From: Albugo candida
Taxonomy: Eukaryota
NCBI GenBank assembly: GCA_040437565.1
Contig: JBDOQK010000005.1
Coordinates: 868,001 to 915,423 of the forward strand
DNA length: 47,423 nt
Direction of reading: 5' to 3'
The notes beneath the pieces were generated by a model. That model was given only the letters and a program-made list of their open reading frames with translations, ran no database searches and was not told where the DNA came from. Shown one piece after another: positions 23,686 to 37,189 of the stretch. The first letter of the stretch is position 1. Every line of letters starts with the position of its first letter. The translations under genes and the position numbers were made by a program.

Positions 23686-26004
23686 GTGAATACAAAGATA
23701 AAAACTCTATTGGATGGGACAGCCTAGAATGATGTATCACACCTCAATAGCAGATATCGCACCTAATCGATGAAGGCAACCCTGTATTTCTTCAATTTCT
23801 CAGATACTATATTCTCTTAGAAATAATCTCACTTGTGAAAGCTCAAAAAAAGAGCCCTCCTCAACGTAACCCGATACGCAACGCGTTTCCACGAAAAGTT
23901 GTACAGCTTTGTCAAACTTCAAGTAATTCTTGATTTTATTTAGTATACTTCATCCGTGAAGTCTCATTCTCGTGCCGCCTTACATCGTTTTCTACGTGAT
24001 CTCGGTGGAATACGGGAGGCAGAACACCGCGAATGAAAGTCAAATTGAATCGGGCGTCACCAAGTAGTGTGACAAGCCCTGCAGATAGAGCGTGCCTTTC
24101 GTTTGCAGTTGGTGGTAGACCCGCCCAGCAGGTGAGAAGAATCCGATCTACGAGAGGCGCGTTGTGCTTTAAAGCCGTAGAAAGAAAGATAGCAAAGTAG
24201 CCATTGCGCTAAACATAGCGCAAGACATATCGTTTCTTGCAATAAATAGAAGTAGAATCCGGACTTGCACGATTAACGCACATTCTGCTGTCACGTCCGT
24301 TGGAATGTACCGCAAATAGTCCTAAAATGTCCATCGTCAGAAGATCAATGATGACTTGGATGACCTTGAGGGTAGCTGGAAGGACGCCACTAGCGCAACT
24401 CATTAAAAGCCAAAAAAAAACAAAAATCATACGCGTATGTATTCGGCTGCGCTACTACGTTTAGTAGGTCTCATCGCTGTCAGAGAAAGAAAGCTAGAGA
24501 AAGATAATTCAACCATCGTCGACATCAATGAGACACCAAGTTTACGTACATGATGGTGTCGACATTCTGCTATTCATGAATAGCTTACTGGTTCGGTTAT
24601 TTTCGACGACGAAGCGCTAAGCTGACAAATCTTTCTCGCTTTTCTGCGACGAAATATCTGCTAAAATGTAAGGATTACAAATACTTCAGCGCCTTATCCA
24701 GCAAATACTTTGGTAACAATCTGCACGTGCATTAATTAAGGACACTTCGTCACATCGCAACTGCTTAGTGCGTGTAGTAGCAATCATGGCTAGTGCTGTT
24801 GCTATGTGATGTACATTTGTACAGCTTTCTACTTTCCCTGATTTTGTCTTCAGACATTGTCGTAAGGCGTACTTTGGAACATCTCCTGGTTTTGATTACC
24901 TTCTCTAAGAATCTTCTGCTTCTCAATGAGATCGGTGATGGTGACAAGTCTTTCATTATCTTGCAATCTTCTTCGGGGTCTATCTGTAAAATTCTGCATT
25001 TGCCACCTCTTTGCAACTCATTCCATTTTTAGCTTGTATGGACAGTGACATGCTCATTGACGTAAGCATCCTTTATGCCGCTCATCACGTGGATTCCTTT
25101 GATCACTTCGGTATGTTTAATAATATCCGTGCACACTGCCTGGCCATTTGCTTGAGGCACAGCTCGCTCGTTCATGCTTACTTCTATTTTTCATTCTAAT
25201 CATCTTCTCCTGCACTTTCTTCTTCATTGCATTGGGGTTTCTAATACATATCTGTCTCCGGATCATGTGCTCACGTTGCGAGGGCTTGTAAAGGTCTGAA
25301 ATGGCTGAAAAAAAACACTTTTTTACACTGAATAGATGCAACTTGTGATTGGAAAGTAGGTAGTGATTGTAAAGTGACATCCAGAATCACCCAAGTCGGC
25401 GAAAAATAAGATTCAGCGCTTTCAGTACGATACTCACATGCTAAACAACAGCAAAACAAAAATGCGATGGAATCTGCGATTTTTCTGGTACTGAAAGACG
25501 GAAGTATAAGTGGGAAGGGCGACATCTCAGCTCAAAGCAAACATTTTGATAAATTTAGTCTACACATGCGCAGTAAGAAATAAAAACATTTTCAATACTA
25601 AACGTTGACTAATGCTTTTCACTAGCAAAAAAACCGACCCTAAGTCGATGCGCTTAACGCAGCAAGCAGCATGCTTTGCAGTAATATGTAAAACAAGTAG
25701 ACGCTAGAAAGATCGTGATTTGTGAAGTTGATGATGAATTCAATGTGTTCTGCTGCGGACGAATGCGTCATCGACGAGGAGCAGGAGCCACCCTCTCACG
25801 ATCCAAATATGAGCTACGCGACAAACGAATCATCGACGACGTTCATATTTATTCCGTTATACTGGATGAAGAAACACATAAACATCTTGGCTACACTAGG
25901 AGGACATATTTATTTGACTGGACCCATCTTATTGGTTGGACACTTGGATAAGAATAGCAAAATGTCGCCTGCTATAGTTGGCCTTTCATGCCGCAGCCGT
26001 TAAA

Positions 26005-27735
26005 ATGAAAAAAATGGCACGATCGCCAAGCACCCGTGTCTATCCGCAAATCGACTCGACTGTCCCGCTTCCCGTCCATTACTCGTTTGAACCATGTACA
26101 ATACTTCCGAAAGTGGACCCATCGCGTTGCTGGGTCTCTGTTTTCATTGCCGATGATCGCCGTCTAGCTAAATGTGTTTCGTTTCTCGTCCGTGCACATC
26201 CGTATATGACCTTGATTTTCATTTCAAATATCTACGTCGCATCGGTTTCCAATGTGTTTGCAGACTCTTCACTTTGTCTATGGGCAAATATTTCGGTCTT
26301 TATTATGACCTTTCTGGAAGTCTGTTGCTGGTGGCTTTTATTTTCAATTGATATCACAAAGCTGATCATCCGAACATATGAATTCTGGTATCTGACGGTT
26401 TTGAATATTGGCACACAAGCGGTTTACATTCAAATGACAGGTGATTTCCGCGTGCTTTTCTTTTTTATGGCGTTTGTAGGGTATCAGGGCGTCTTTTTCT
26501 CCGATGCAAATGTGTACTTCCGTCGAGAAGAGATGTTATTTATGACATTTGTCGCACCCGTGTGCGTTTTTATGGTCGCTTTGACACAAGTGAATCTAGT
26601 CAAATGGAGTACGAAAACAAGTTATCGTGTTGGAGAAGCTTTATTTCACGATAGTGATTTGGCGGTGGGCACATTGGCCATTATTGTATTGTTCCTTTTG
26701 GTTAAAGTGGCGAAGTCCAAAGATCTTATGTTGCGCAAACAACACACTTTACATGTTCACACACTGCAAATGTATCGTGCTGAAATCACACTTAGACGAC
26801 AAAATAAGGATTTGGAGCCAAAAAAGCGACCACAAAGTACGAATGAAGGTGCGCATTCCCTGTCTCTACACAAGTGCGCGTGCTGATTGTGATATGTAGC
26901 CAATATGCAGCTTCGTATGCGTCAATTTCGCGTCTCACTTATCGACTCCTCGCGAATACTTTTGCCTCAACTCCAGCCGTTCTCGTTCACTTATCGTCAT
27001 CGATTTTTTATTCGTTGGTCAGGATACTTGGCGTCTCTTCTGACCGCCATACTGCTGTTCCTGACAGCCAGCGGTTACAGATTATATTTGCGTCGCGAGG
27101 AGCATCTCGTTTTTGTATCTCTTGCTTTTGTCCTGACATTATTTCACACCGGATTATACGTCGCATGTGGTCAGAAAGATCTTGTTCGTCTCATTCTCAC
27201 AAGTGGAGACGCTTTCGTGTCGCAAGCACAGCAATTCATCATTCTAGTATGCACTTGTGATGGGGTCAATTGGGATTATCGTATCTTATTGATCACTACA
27301 ATTATATTATGGGGAAATTGCAACCTCTTCATGGATGCTATCACGCCCAATATGAGGCCATGTCTTGGATTTCAGCAGTGGTTTGCTACAGCAATCGCTT
27401 GGTTCAATTCATACTGTATATTGACGCTCATATTCTGGTTTTTTATCAGACGCTCTTATGGAAACATAACCGATCATCAGATATTTTCATTGCGAGTTTT
27501 TGACGATAGAGCACCCGTAGAGCTTCGTGTGTCAACTATTCTGGCAAGTCAGCTGTTTGGATCCCTCTTTTGGTCCCTACGAATGACATATCGCGAGACG
27601 ATGAGACGCCCAGATGTGTTAAAAATCATTGAAGCAACAGTAAATTGCCGATTACCGAGGAGTATTCATCGCGGCGTCATTCAGGTCCCTTTGACTGGAC
27701 CTCAAATCGCACAAGTGTCGAATACGCATTTTTAA
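26005..27735 (+). CDS. Multi-pass membrane protein of unknown function with two similar hydrophobic halves
   Basis: ORFs 25978-26886 and 26905-27735 are joined in frame by intron 26849-26899 (GT..CTGAT..TAG). Each half has ~5-6 hydrophobic segments and parallel motifs (KLIIRTYEFWY vs RLILTSGDAFV; FFSDA vs LFMDA). Confidence 0.75.
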
Positions 27736-29109
27736 GCGTTTTCAGAAGTATTTATATCTAGATCTGCGCAACCTTGTCGATACAGACCTTTACAAGGCAA
27801 CGAAATGAGATTCATCTAATATTTCAAGAGACAAGCAGTTAAATTCTTTGTGTTTAAGTGCCCACTTACCTTAGAAGCAAACACATCTGTACACGTCAAG
27901 CGCGAAGATGTGTCGCTGATAGCTCCGAAGCTGTCTGTCTTCGCATAAATTTTGGTATACCTACACAGACGTGTAGTAGGTGGAGGCCGTGAGATTGGCA
28001 AGCGCCACAATCGAAATATCGATATTGAGGGAAGATGCTAGGTTACTCACATCATGTTGGAAAAGTCGAACGTAATCGCGTACGCGTGGCGCAATACTGT
28101 CATTTTTAATGTCGACGGAACGGCTGCCAGAGTACTGCTACATAAAGCAGAGGATATCAAAAATGGGATTGTGAGCAGAAAGCTTGTGGATTTAATCAAT
28201 ACTAGTACTAACGTATCTAAGTGCTCCTGTTACTTGTTTATAGGTACATATCGATTCAAAATTCGTGATTGGTGATTTGTATTATCCTATATTCCTTGTC
28301 ACGACGATCGAATGCGGTGATGTGACACCACACAGCCATAGGCGAAGCTTTTATGCTCTCGTCGACTTTTATACACTTTGAGGGATTGTGATCGCGCTAG
28401 AAAGACTTTGACGTATTTTGTGGTAACATGTGATTGTAGACACATCGACTACAAGCTCATGCTCATGAAGGCAATTATGCGACGATTAGAATACAAAGCA
28501 ACTGTTAGGCCAGTGTTATTTCAAAAAATGTTTGCGCGTTATTTTCGCTACACCAAAAAATGGGAGTGATTATATGCGCATTGAACCTTTACCATGTCAA
28601 TTCTCAGGGAAATTATTTCCGAGCGAAATGAGAGGATAGCCATTGCCAAATATGTATTTTATAACCTCTGTAAATGAAACGACATTTTATTTTGGCGATT
28701 GCATGCTAGCATCGAAAAAGGCTGACTTTTCGCGAAGGTCCCAATCGGAGTCTTATCTGCACTTCACCTATCGCGTCACAATGCTGAGCACTCCTACAAC
28801 CATCGGGACACAGCAAGTCCTCTTGGTGCAATTTGTACTAACACCCTCACACCCTCTCTAGTCTATCATCCCAATCCATTGCGTCAAAATAAAATAAAAG
28901 CTAGTTTGTAGGAAGCAAAACTTCCATGAAGTTTTATCGGTAAATGGTTATTAGTCTGAAGTATGGTCATTCTCACAAGAAAAGAGAGCACCATAATAGT
29001 TTGGTTCGACTCCCTGGGCACGGCGTACAGTGTAGCAGTACTTTCAAATCATATGGGCGGCTTCTGCAAGACAGTAATCTATTTAAAGTGAAGAGCTCTC
29101 AAGTAGATG

Positions 29110-30520
29110 TTAGATGCCATTAGGAGGGTAATAGAATGCCATAATTTCAGCAATGTACCAAAGATCTTTGCTTGCGAGCAATCTATCGAACATATCACAG
29201 CTCCGTACCAAAGGGTGAGCTTCACATTTTGATCGGGTTTTGAGTTCTTTTGAACTCATTTGTGCACTGGCTTTGTCACATCTCCATACCTGATTACCTA
29301 GGTGTCTCAGCAAAAATAATGCTATCCTTCAGCTGTTGTGTAGCTCCATTGTCTCTACTTCCGCTCGAAGTTGAGAATACGTACGAGATTAAATTTTTCA
29401 AAAAAGATGCCTAACCAGCACTTGCTGGAAATTTTTAAAGAAGCCTAAAAGATACTAATTTAATGCGTAGAGCGATACTTATCTGATGCGGAACCCATCA
29501 GCAATTTCTCCCATACGCTGGCATTTGATTTAGCAGCTGTTTGGCGCAATGGCACAACGCTAGCAATACAGGCAAAGTTTTAATGTTCACTTCTCGCTCA
29601 CTGTTAAGCATCCGCATTGAACTGGGGAAACTTACCAATCAGTGCTCTACAGATCTCTTCACCAGGAATAGTGCGCAGTTATTTGCAATTCCAACCTCAA
29701 TTCATTCTTTAATGTGATCCCTGTTTGGTATCAGGCCAACATATCGATATTTCGTTTGAACCATTCGAAAATAATTTGACAGTGGTGTTCACATTTGTCC
29801 CAGCCCTTGACACAAATCGACACACTAATGAATTCAAAATTTCACAACAGCCACACACCGATCCTTCACAACCAGCACGTAACCCACTCCGTTTCCTATC
29901 GACAAGTGGTCGAAGCAAGGGATTTATTGGCTTCACAGCATGCAACGTTTGCCAGGCGGACGAGGACATTTGTCCCCATGCAATAGTAGATGATGAAGTC
30001 ATCACAGTTAAACCTTTTACACGTCATTGATGGCGATGTACACTGCACGTTTTTGGGCAATGCTCGAGAAGTTGCTGCAGGTAAGATGTTGTCTGACCAG
30101 TAACAGATAATCCACCGCATACAATCTTTGTTGGAGTTAAATATCACTATCTGGAATTCTGATATGCTCTGCGAATTCTCAAGTAAACCTTGCTCTGTGT
30201 TCTCATCTGGTTCAATCTGACCTTGCATGGCCTCAACAGGGTATTATTTCTGATTGCTTGCTCTTCTACAAGTCCGATCAATGTCTTCATCGTTTGAAAA
30301 GAAATCTGATTTGCGATCACTGGTCTGCATAGCGCTTGGTCACGCATTTTTCGAATTCCTTCTTCCACATCTCTAACGATAGGAGACCTACTCCATGTGT
30401 TATCGCGATCTGCTTTCAAAGTTTATTTCATTATGTAGCGAAGATCTTGTTACAATGGAAAGTCAGCAAAACTTTGTTTTGCACATGCTGGAGGAGATGA
30501 TTCTAGCGGCCGGACACCTG
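29110..30520 (-). pseudogene. Possible highly decayed non-LTR retrotransposon reverse-transcriptase remnant
   Basis: Broken frames with weak RT-like pieces in a plausible order: VRDVEEGIRKMR, then EILNSLVCRFV..NTTVKLFSNGSNEISICWPDTKQG (like v..NG..S..GVxQG). No YADD motif recognised. Confidence 0.22.
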
Positions 30521-31089
30521 GTGATCTTCTAATAAAAATTTCACTGTGAGCCAAGTTATATCAGAAACTTCTAGGAGTTGCAAAGCATTTCTCGCGGAAG
30601 TACTGCGATTATTCGTGGTTGGTTTACGTAACACAGTCCCAGAAGCACTTGCCTCCGTTCCGTTGAACGAAATCCGGCGGTGTGTAAGAAAAGGCGGCGA
30701 TATATGGATGTGTATCGCAAGGGGTTGTCCTTTTTACATCTCAATGGTCATCAATCATTGATTGAAAATGTTTATTCTTTTCTAGAAACAAGAATTTTCA
30801 AGTGGCCAATTACAGCCCCTTTTAGCCAAATGCACGACACTTTGCCGGATTTCAAACCGTTAGTGCTCCATGGAAAATTGGCCTAGCCAATGTCCGATAC
30901 CATTGCAAGTCCGATCAATGAAGTATCCTTTAGTGTTTACATGTTTTTTGTCATGTGCATAATCAAGAAGCCCTAACGGAAGGGCAGAGGGGCGAAAAGT
31001 CGCTGGTTATAAGTGTCGTGTACTATATAACCGAGAAATTCTATAATGTATCTTACGCAGAAGCAAAAACTTAGTAATGTGGCCTTATC

Positions 31090-31128
31090 GACCAATCATA
31101 TTAGTCTATATTAATTAGCCAATCAGAG
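31090..31128 (+). promoter_or_regulatory. Two CCAAT boxes upstream of MED6
   Basis: GACCAATCA (~31090) and AGCCAATCAG (~31117) lie 45-80 bp before the ATG and match the NF-Y-type RRCCAATCA consensus. Confidence 0.45.
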
Positions 31129-31171
31129 GTGGGACAATAGTCAAAACGTCTGTGCAATCGCCGCATCCTTC

Positions 31172-31999
31172 ATGGAAGTATCTGCTCATGCTGACGACTA
31201 TCAATCTTCTTTTCGAGATATTTTATGGCTCCAATCGTTCCCTTTAAATGAACAAACCATTCTTCATTATTTCGCATTATCACCATATTACGATCGTTCT
31301 TGTAATAACGAAAGACTCAAAATGCAGCGACTGAGTATTGATCAACTAAAAAACATGCGCGGTATTGAATATGAAGTAGCACCGAATACCGCAAAACAAC
31401 TTCCGCAGCAAATTTTCGGAATTCGGAAGCAGCGGCGTGAGGGACGAACACAAATAAAACTGATGGCGATGTATTATGTGCTGGAAGGAACAATTTACCA
31501 GTCTCCAAACATTCACGCAATGTTGAGCTCGCGATTGGTAAGTTTTCATGAGTTATTGATCTGCTGCTAAATCATCTCGTAGAGAACATGTAGTTTTCGC
31601 GTCGAGAAATCATTTCAAATGCTCGCCAAAGGAGTTCGTTTCAGCCCGACGGAAGGTTATGCTTGGGATTTTAGTACTAACGAGAAGAAGGAACCCGTCA
31701 TTCCGTCTGAATGTAAGTGTGTATACATTTTTTCTCTTTTACTTGTATGTAATATTGTTTCGGCAGTATTACAATTAAAGTGGAAACAAACGAATGAAAG
31801 ACTTGAACGAAAAAAAGAACAAAGCACACGTGTGGACGCAATCATCGTACAGCTTATGAAACAGGTTTGCTGAAGGAGTTTGATTTCTCCAGCACTCAGT
31901 ACTATTTGCTAGTACGCTCCTGAAATGATTGGCAAGGTAGTGGACAAAGAAGAGAAGCATCCGGCGATGGAGACGAATAATACAATAAAGCCGCAATAG
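31172..31999 (+). CDS. MED6: Mediator of RNA polymerase II transcription subunit 6
   Basis: FRD..WL, LHYFALSPYYDRSCNNE.LKMQ, M.GIEY, FGIRKQRR and YYVLEGTIYQSPN..L.SRL motifs. Exons 31172-31537, 31583-31712, 31767-31864 and 31913-31999 with GT-AG introns. Confidence 0.93.
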
Positions 32000-33048
32000 G
32001 CATCAAAATGACACAAATCACAGTGACAACAATACCGTTGCTTTTTTTTCATTCGAGGAAGGAGTGACGCCAGCTGAATAATCTGATCATAGATGACTAC
32101 TGCTTGTACGTCTTCCTTCATCGCTTCGCTGAGAGCATGGATACAACAAACGTACACGACCTAAGACTGAAAAGAAGTAACAGCACCGTACTGATCAAAA
32201 ATACTATAGCTGGATTAGTGGACTTCAAGTAGCTATTGAACGTAAGTTTTCCCCTGCTATGGTGACGACGGTTCGATCATCTCTCCGAGATGATGTCTGC
32301 ATTACAGCACTGGTTACATCATATCACGCAGACATTCACTATCCACCGACGCTTCTGGATAATGAAATCGACGGCAGAATCACAATTTTCTCGAACAAAA
32401 TTCTAGGTGCATTTATCGACTTCACCCAATAAGGTAGTCCCCATCCTCAACCGGACACCGATACATTTTTTAACTCTGTGTTGAGTAGGAGCTCCATACA
32501 TCCATTGAACGTCGTATGAAGATATCGTGTGAAGTTCTGACCAAGATCTTAGTAGCCTCTTTTCTTGAATCACTTCAGTATGGTTCTAGATCGCTCGCAT
32601 ACAGCGGTATCAAGAGTTGTCTCGAGAAATGACGAAAGCTTCCAAGTTAGTATGCCTAGAGAGCATTGACGACACTCGGATTGGTTCTTAGATGATACCG
32701 TACTAGATAGAGCTTGGGTCACGGTTTCGCTGCTGTGTTCAATTTGAACGTTGCCATAACGATCGTGCTTAAATCAGATACAGCAACGGTTGCGTTTAAA
32801 AGCCCTGCATGTAAAATAGTGAGGCTCCTATAGGAAGATTTTCAGAAGATAGGCCAAACAGAAAGCGCAAAGACGGATAATCACGCGTCATATGCCTAGT
32901 GCGACACTCGTCACGTATACAATTCAAGTGCCATCAATCCTCTACAGATCAACGAACAGCTATCGATTGTGATGAACTGAAACTCAGCGACGACTGCCCT
33001 TTATATCGTATATCGTTGCACAGTGATATCAAGAATCATTCATGATGC

Positions 33049-35714
33049 TTCTTTTTCGGTACAAATCCGTTCAATAACAGCCCTTCCTACATGTTTCCGT
33101 TACAAACACCTCCAGCAGATTCCATCATGATTCAAAAATGCGCGAGTTCTTGACAGATAGCGCGATTTCAATGTATGTTAAAGCTGCCGTTTTTGTATAC
33201 CTTCACTTGTATTAAAATCTACACCCACCTACGTTGCTATCCGACTCATTCGTGCATCGACGATAGACATTCGCTAAGATTACTTAGACTGTTTAGAAAT
33301 TACAGCAATTGGATAACTAGTGAGAAAATCTGGTAAAAAAACATTGCACAGTGACACAGCGGGCACTCTATTGCAAGGAAATTTTCTACGTCATGTCTAT
33401 AAGGTAACTCACCAATAGTGCTCCGGAATCGGTTGATCGGATGGGCCGACGGGTCAAATAGCAAGTAACATGCGAGGATTTGATACGACCGCTAATTTCC
33501 ATTAGCTAGTGGAAGTCATACAATATCGAAGAAAGTATGAGTTGATAGATGCAAATACTATTGCACAAATCGTTATCAGATTCACTACAGCCTGCGGTAA
33601 CCTAATCCCCCCGAAATTAAACTCTAATTTCGGCACAGCTATCCTAATTATTGACATTGATGATCGCAAAGCCCGGTTTAGGCGGTCTTATCCGCATGCA
33701 AACAGCGGATTGTACTGGCAATGGGAGCTAGTGCGATTGTTCAGGATGGCCAACATTCATGAATCTTTTCTACTCAGAATTACAAATTTACAACACCCCG
33801 TAAGAATATCTTGGTTATTTATCCAGGAATCCCACCCTTGTTGCTATTTAGAGTCGTGCAGAGCACAGTGTATTCAAGATGTAGTTTAGTTCGCGCACAT
33901 ACTTCTAGGCCAAAAGAAGTCGATATAGGAAATCCTGCTCTATATCTGCATGTAGATAGCGACGGCGTAATGGCGTGCATTGACGTTAAGCTATTTCAAC
34001 AGGGTTGCCCGTAGAGCCATCCAGCTATTTTCCATCGGACCGTGACATCGAGAATGTCCTTGGCTTGCTCACTTCTCCAGGAGCCAATTTATATAGCTCT
34101 CTTGAAAACATCTCGACAATCTAGTATACTTCTCATCACCCCACAACCATTCATAAGCGATTAATTTTCCATCTCGCTTTTGTTTCTTCTCAATTCGCCG
34201 CCTACTGGTCGTACAACTTCTTTTCGAAGTGGTTCTGGAGCGTACAAACACGTGCAATTGTCAAATTAGCTCAAAGGCGAGGGAGTTAGTTNNNNNNNNN
34301 NNNNNNNNNNNNNNNNNNNNNNNNNNNNNNNNNNNNNNNNNNNNNNNNNNNNNNNNNNNNNNNNNNNNNNNNNNNNNNNNNNNNNNNNNNNCTGGAGGTG
34401 TTTGTAACGGAAACATGTAGGAAGGGCTGTTATTGAACGGATTTGTACCGAAAAAGAAGCATCATGAATGATTCTTTTTCGGTACAAATCCGTTCAATAA
34501 CAGCCCTTCCTACATGTTTCCGTTACAAACACCTCCAGCAGATTCCATCATGATTCAAAAATGCGCGAGTTCTTGACAGATAGCGCGATTTCAATGTATG
34601 TTAAAGCTGCCGTTTTTGTATACCTTCACTTGTATTAAAATCTACACCCACCTACGTTGCTATCCGACTCATTCGTGCATCGACGATAGACATTCGCTAA
34701 GATTACTTAGACTGTTTAGAAATTACAGCAATTGGATAACTAGTGAGAAAATCTGGTAAAAAAACATTGCACAGTGACACAGCGGGCACTCTATTGCAAG
34801 GAAATTTTCTACGTCATGTCTATAAGGTAACTCACCAATAGTGCTCCGGAATCGGTTGATCGGATGGGCCGACGGGTCAAATAGCAAGTAACATGCGAGG
34901 ATTTGATACGACCGCTAATTTCCATTAGCTAGTGGAAGTCATACAATATCGAAGAAAGTATGAGTTGATAGATGCAAATACTATTGCACAAATCGTTATC
35001 AGATTCACTACAGCCTGCGGTAACCTAATCCCCCCGAAATTAAACTCTAATTTCGGCACAGCTATCCTAATTATTGACATTGATGATCGCAAAGCCCGGT
35101 TTAGGCGGTCTTATCCGCATGCAAACAGCGGATTGTACTGGCAATGGGAGCTAGTGCGATTGTTCAGGATGGCCAACATTCATGAATCTTTTCTACTCAG
35201 AATTACAAATTTACAACACCCCGTAAGAATATCTTGGTTATTTATCCAGGAATCCCACCCTTGTTGCTATTTAGAGTCGTGCAGAGCACAGTGTATTCAA
35301 GATGTAGTTTAGTTCGCGCACATACTTCTAGGCCAAAAGAAGTCGATATAGGAAATCCTGCTCTATATCTGCATGTAGATAGCGACGGCGTAATGGCGTG
35401 CATTGACGTTAAGCTATTTCAACAGGGTTGCCCGTAGAGCCATCCAGCTATTTTCCATCGGACCGTGACATCGAGAATGTCCTTGGCTTGCTCACTTCTC
35501 CAGGAGCCAATTTATATAGCTCTCTTGAAAACATCTCGACAATCTAGTATACTTCTCATCACCCCACAACCATTCATAAGCGATTAATTTTCCATCTCGC
35601 TTTTGTTTCTTCTCAATTCGCCGCCTACTGGTCGTACAACTTCTTTTCGAAGTGGTTCTGGAGCGTACAAACACGTGCAATTGTCAAATTAGCTCAAAGG
35701 CGAGGGAGTTAGTT
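33049..35714. repeat. Duplication across a 100-N gap (33049-34291 = 34472-35714); contig-overlap artefact
   Basis: Offset 1423; identical ORFs at 33509/34932 and 33811/35234; gap at 34292-34391. Confidence 0.9.
34392..34538. repeat. Perfect 67-bp-arm fold-back inverted repeat at a contig end
   Basis: 34392-34458 is the reverse complement of 34472-34538, with a 13-nt loop. It is absent from the other copy at 33030-33115. Confidence 0.85.
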
Positions 35715-37064
35715 TGAGGTGCTGGTTCACGACTTGTTTGTAGTGTGATAAAGAGTAATTGATTTCGGATTGAGACATGGTACGGTATCAGCATGTATAT
35801 GATGGAGTGCTTCATGTCAACCTTCAGTTTTACGACGTCAATTTTGGTACACATGGTCATCTAGGAGGCTTAAACCTTAATGTTATGACCAGCATGTACT
35901 TATACGATCAAAATCCACTTGCAATGTGCTAGATATTACTGAAATGTTGGTGGCTCGATTCCCCCTTGAGTTTATCTTGAGGATCACGACAAAAGTTTTC
36001 TTTAGTTGATACCTAGGTATTAGCTATGTGGAGTCAAAAATAGATGAGCAAGTTGAGGTTAAATGAGATTATGCATCAGAGCAATCAATCCAAGGAAGAG
36101 CTGAGTAATGAGAGAAATTAACCAGTTTTCCCTACTTGCTTTTTTTGCCCTTTATCGGATCCAGAATAGGTTACTTTGTTTGCTCGAAGCTGTGATCAAT
36201 CTCACTGCTGCATAATCCTCCTTCTCTTTTTCCTCAAGATTTTTAAGAATAGGCCGCCGCTATGGCCGCAGACAGAATTACTACGACCACAGGCAAAACT
36301 ACTACGNNNNNNNNNNNNNNNNNNNNNNNNNNNNNNNNNNNNNNNNNNNNNNNNNNNNNNNNNNNNNNNNNNNNNNNNNNNNNNNNNNNNNNNNNNNNNN
36401 NNNNNNGAAGTGGTTCTGGAGCGTACAAACACGTGCAATTGTCAAATTAGCTCAAAGGCGAGGGAGTTAGTTTGAGGTGCTGGTTCACGACTTGTTTGTA
36501 GTGTGATAAAGAGTAATTGATTTCGGATTGAGACATGGTACGGTATCAGCATGTATATGATGGAGTGCTTCATGTCAACCTTCAGTTTTACGACGTCAAT
36601 TTTGGTACACATGGTCATCTAGGAGGCTTAAACCTTAATGTTATGACCAGCATGTACTTATACGATCAAAATCCACTTGCAATGTGCTAGATATTACTGA
36701 AATGTTGGTGGCTCGATTCCCCCTTGAGTTTATCTTGAGGATCACGACAAAAGTTTTCTTTAGTTGATACCTAGGTATTAGCTATGTGGAGTCAAAAATA
36801 GATGAGCAAGTTGAGGTTAAATGAGATTATGCATCAGAGCAATCAATCCAAGGAAGAGCTGAGTAATGAGAGAAATTAACCAGTTTTCCCTACTTGCTTT
36901 TTTTGCCCTTTATCGGATCCAGAATAGGTTACTTTGTTTGCTCGAAGCTGTGATCAATCTCACTGCTGCATAATCCTCCTTCTCTTTTTCCTCAAGATTT
37001 TTAAGAATAGGCCGCCGCTATGGCCGCAGACAGAATTACTACGACCACAGGCAAAACTACTACG
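35649..37064. repeat. Duplication across a 100-N gap (35649-36306 = 36407-37064); contig-overlap artefact
   Basis: Offset 758; gap at 36307-36406. Confidence 0.9.
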
Positions 37065-37189
37065 GCCACAGACAATTGATCCAACCAATCCCAGGTATCA
37101 AAATTTAATTGTTGCTAAGATCGCCAGCCAATCAGGTCACTTGTATACTTTTATGCACGAGCTCATTCTGTTTCTTACGCTGTTTTTGT

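Noticed and set aside
24765-25525. Cluster of Lys/Arg-rich minus-strand ORFs that might form a spliced gene
   Set aside because: I could not join them in frame through plausible introns, and no family motif is recognisable.
28940-29026. B-box-like GGTTCGACTCCC followed by a tRNA-like 3' end (GGCACGGCG)
   Set aside because: No matching acceptor stem, D-arm or anticodon arm upstream; at most a tRNA/SINE relic. tRNAscan-SE would settle it.
33500-34260. ORFs 33509-33889 and 34069-34257, plus a weak gypsy integrase-like FFWPR fragment on the minus strand
   Set aside because: Too degenerate to assign, and the repetition at 34932-35680 is an assembly artefact.
36252-36306. Apparent third copy of the MULE TIR
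   Set aside because: It lies inside the artefactual overlap 35649-36306 = 36407-37064.
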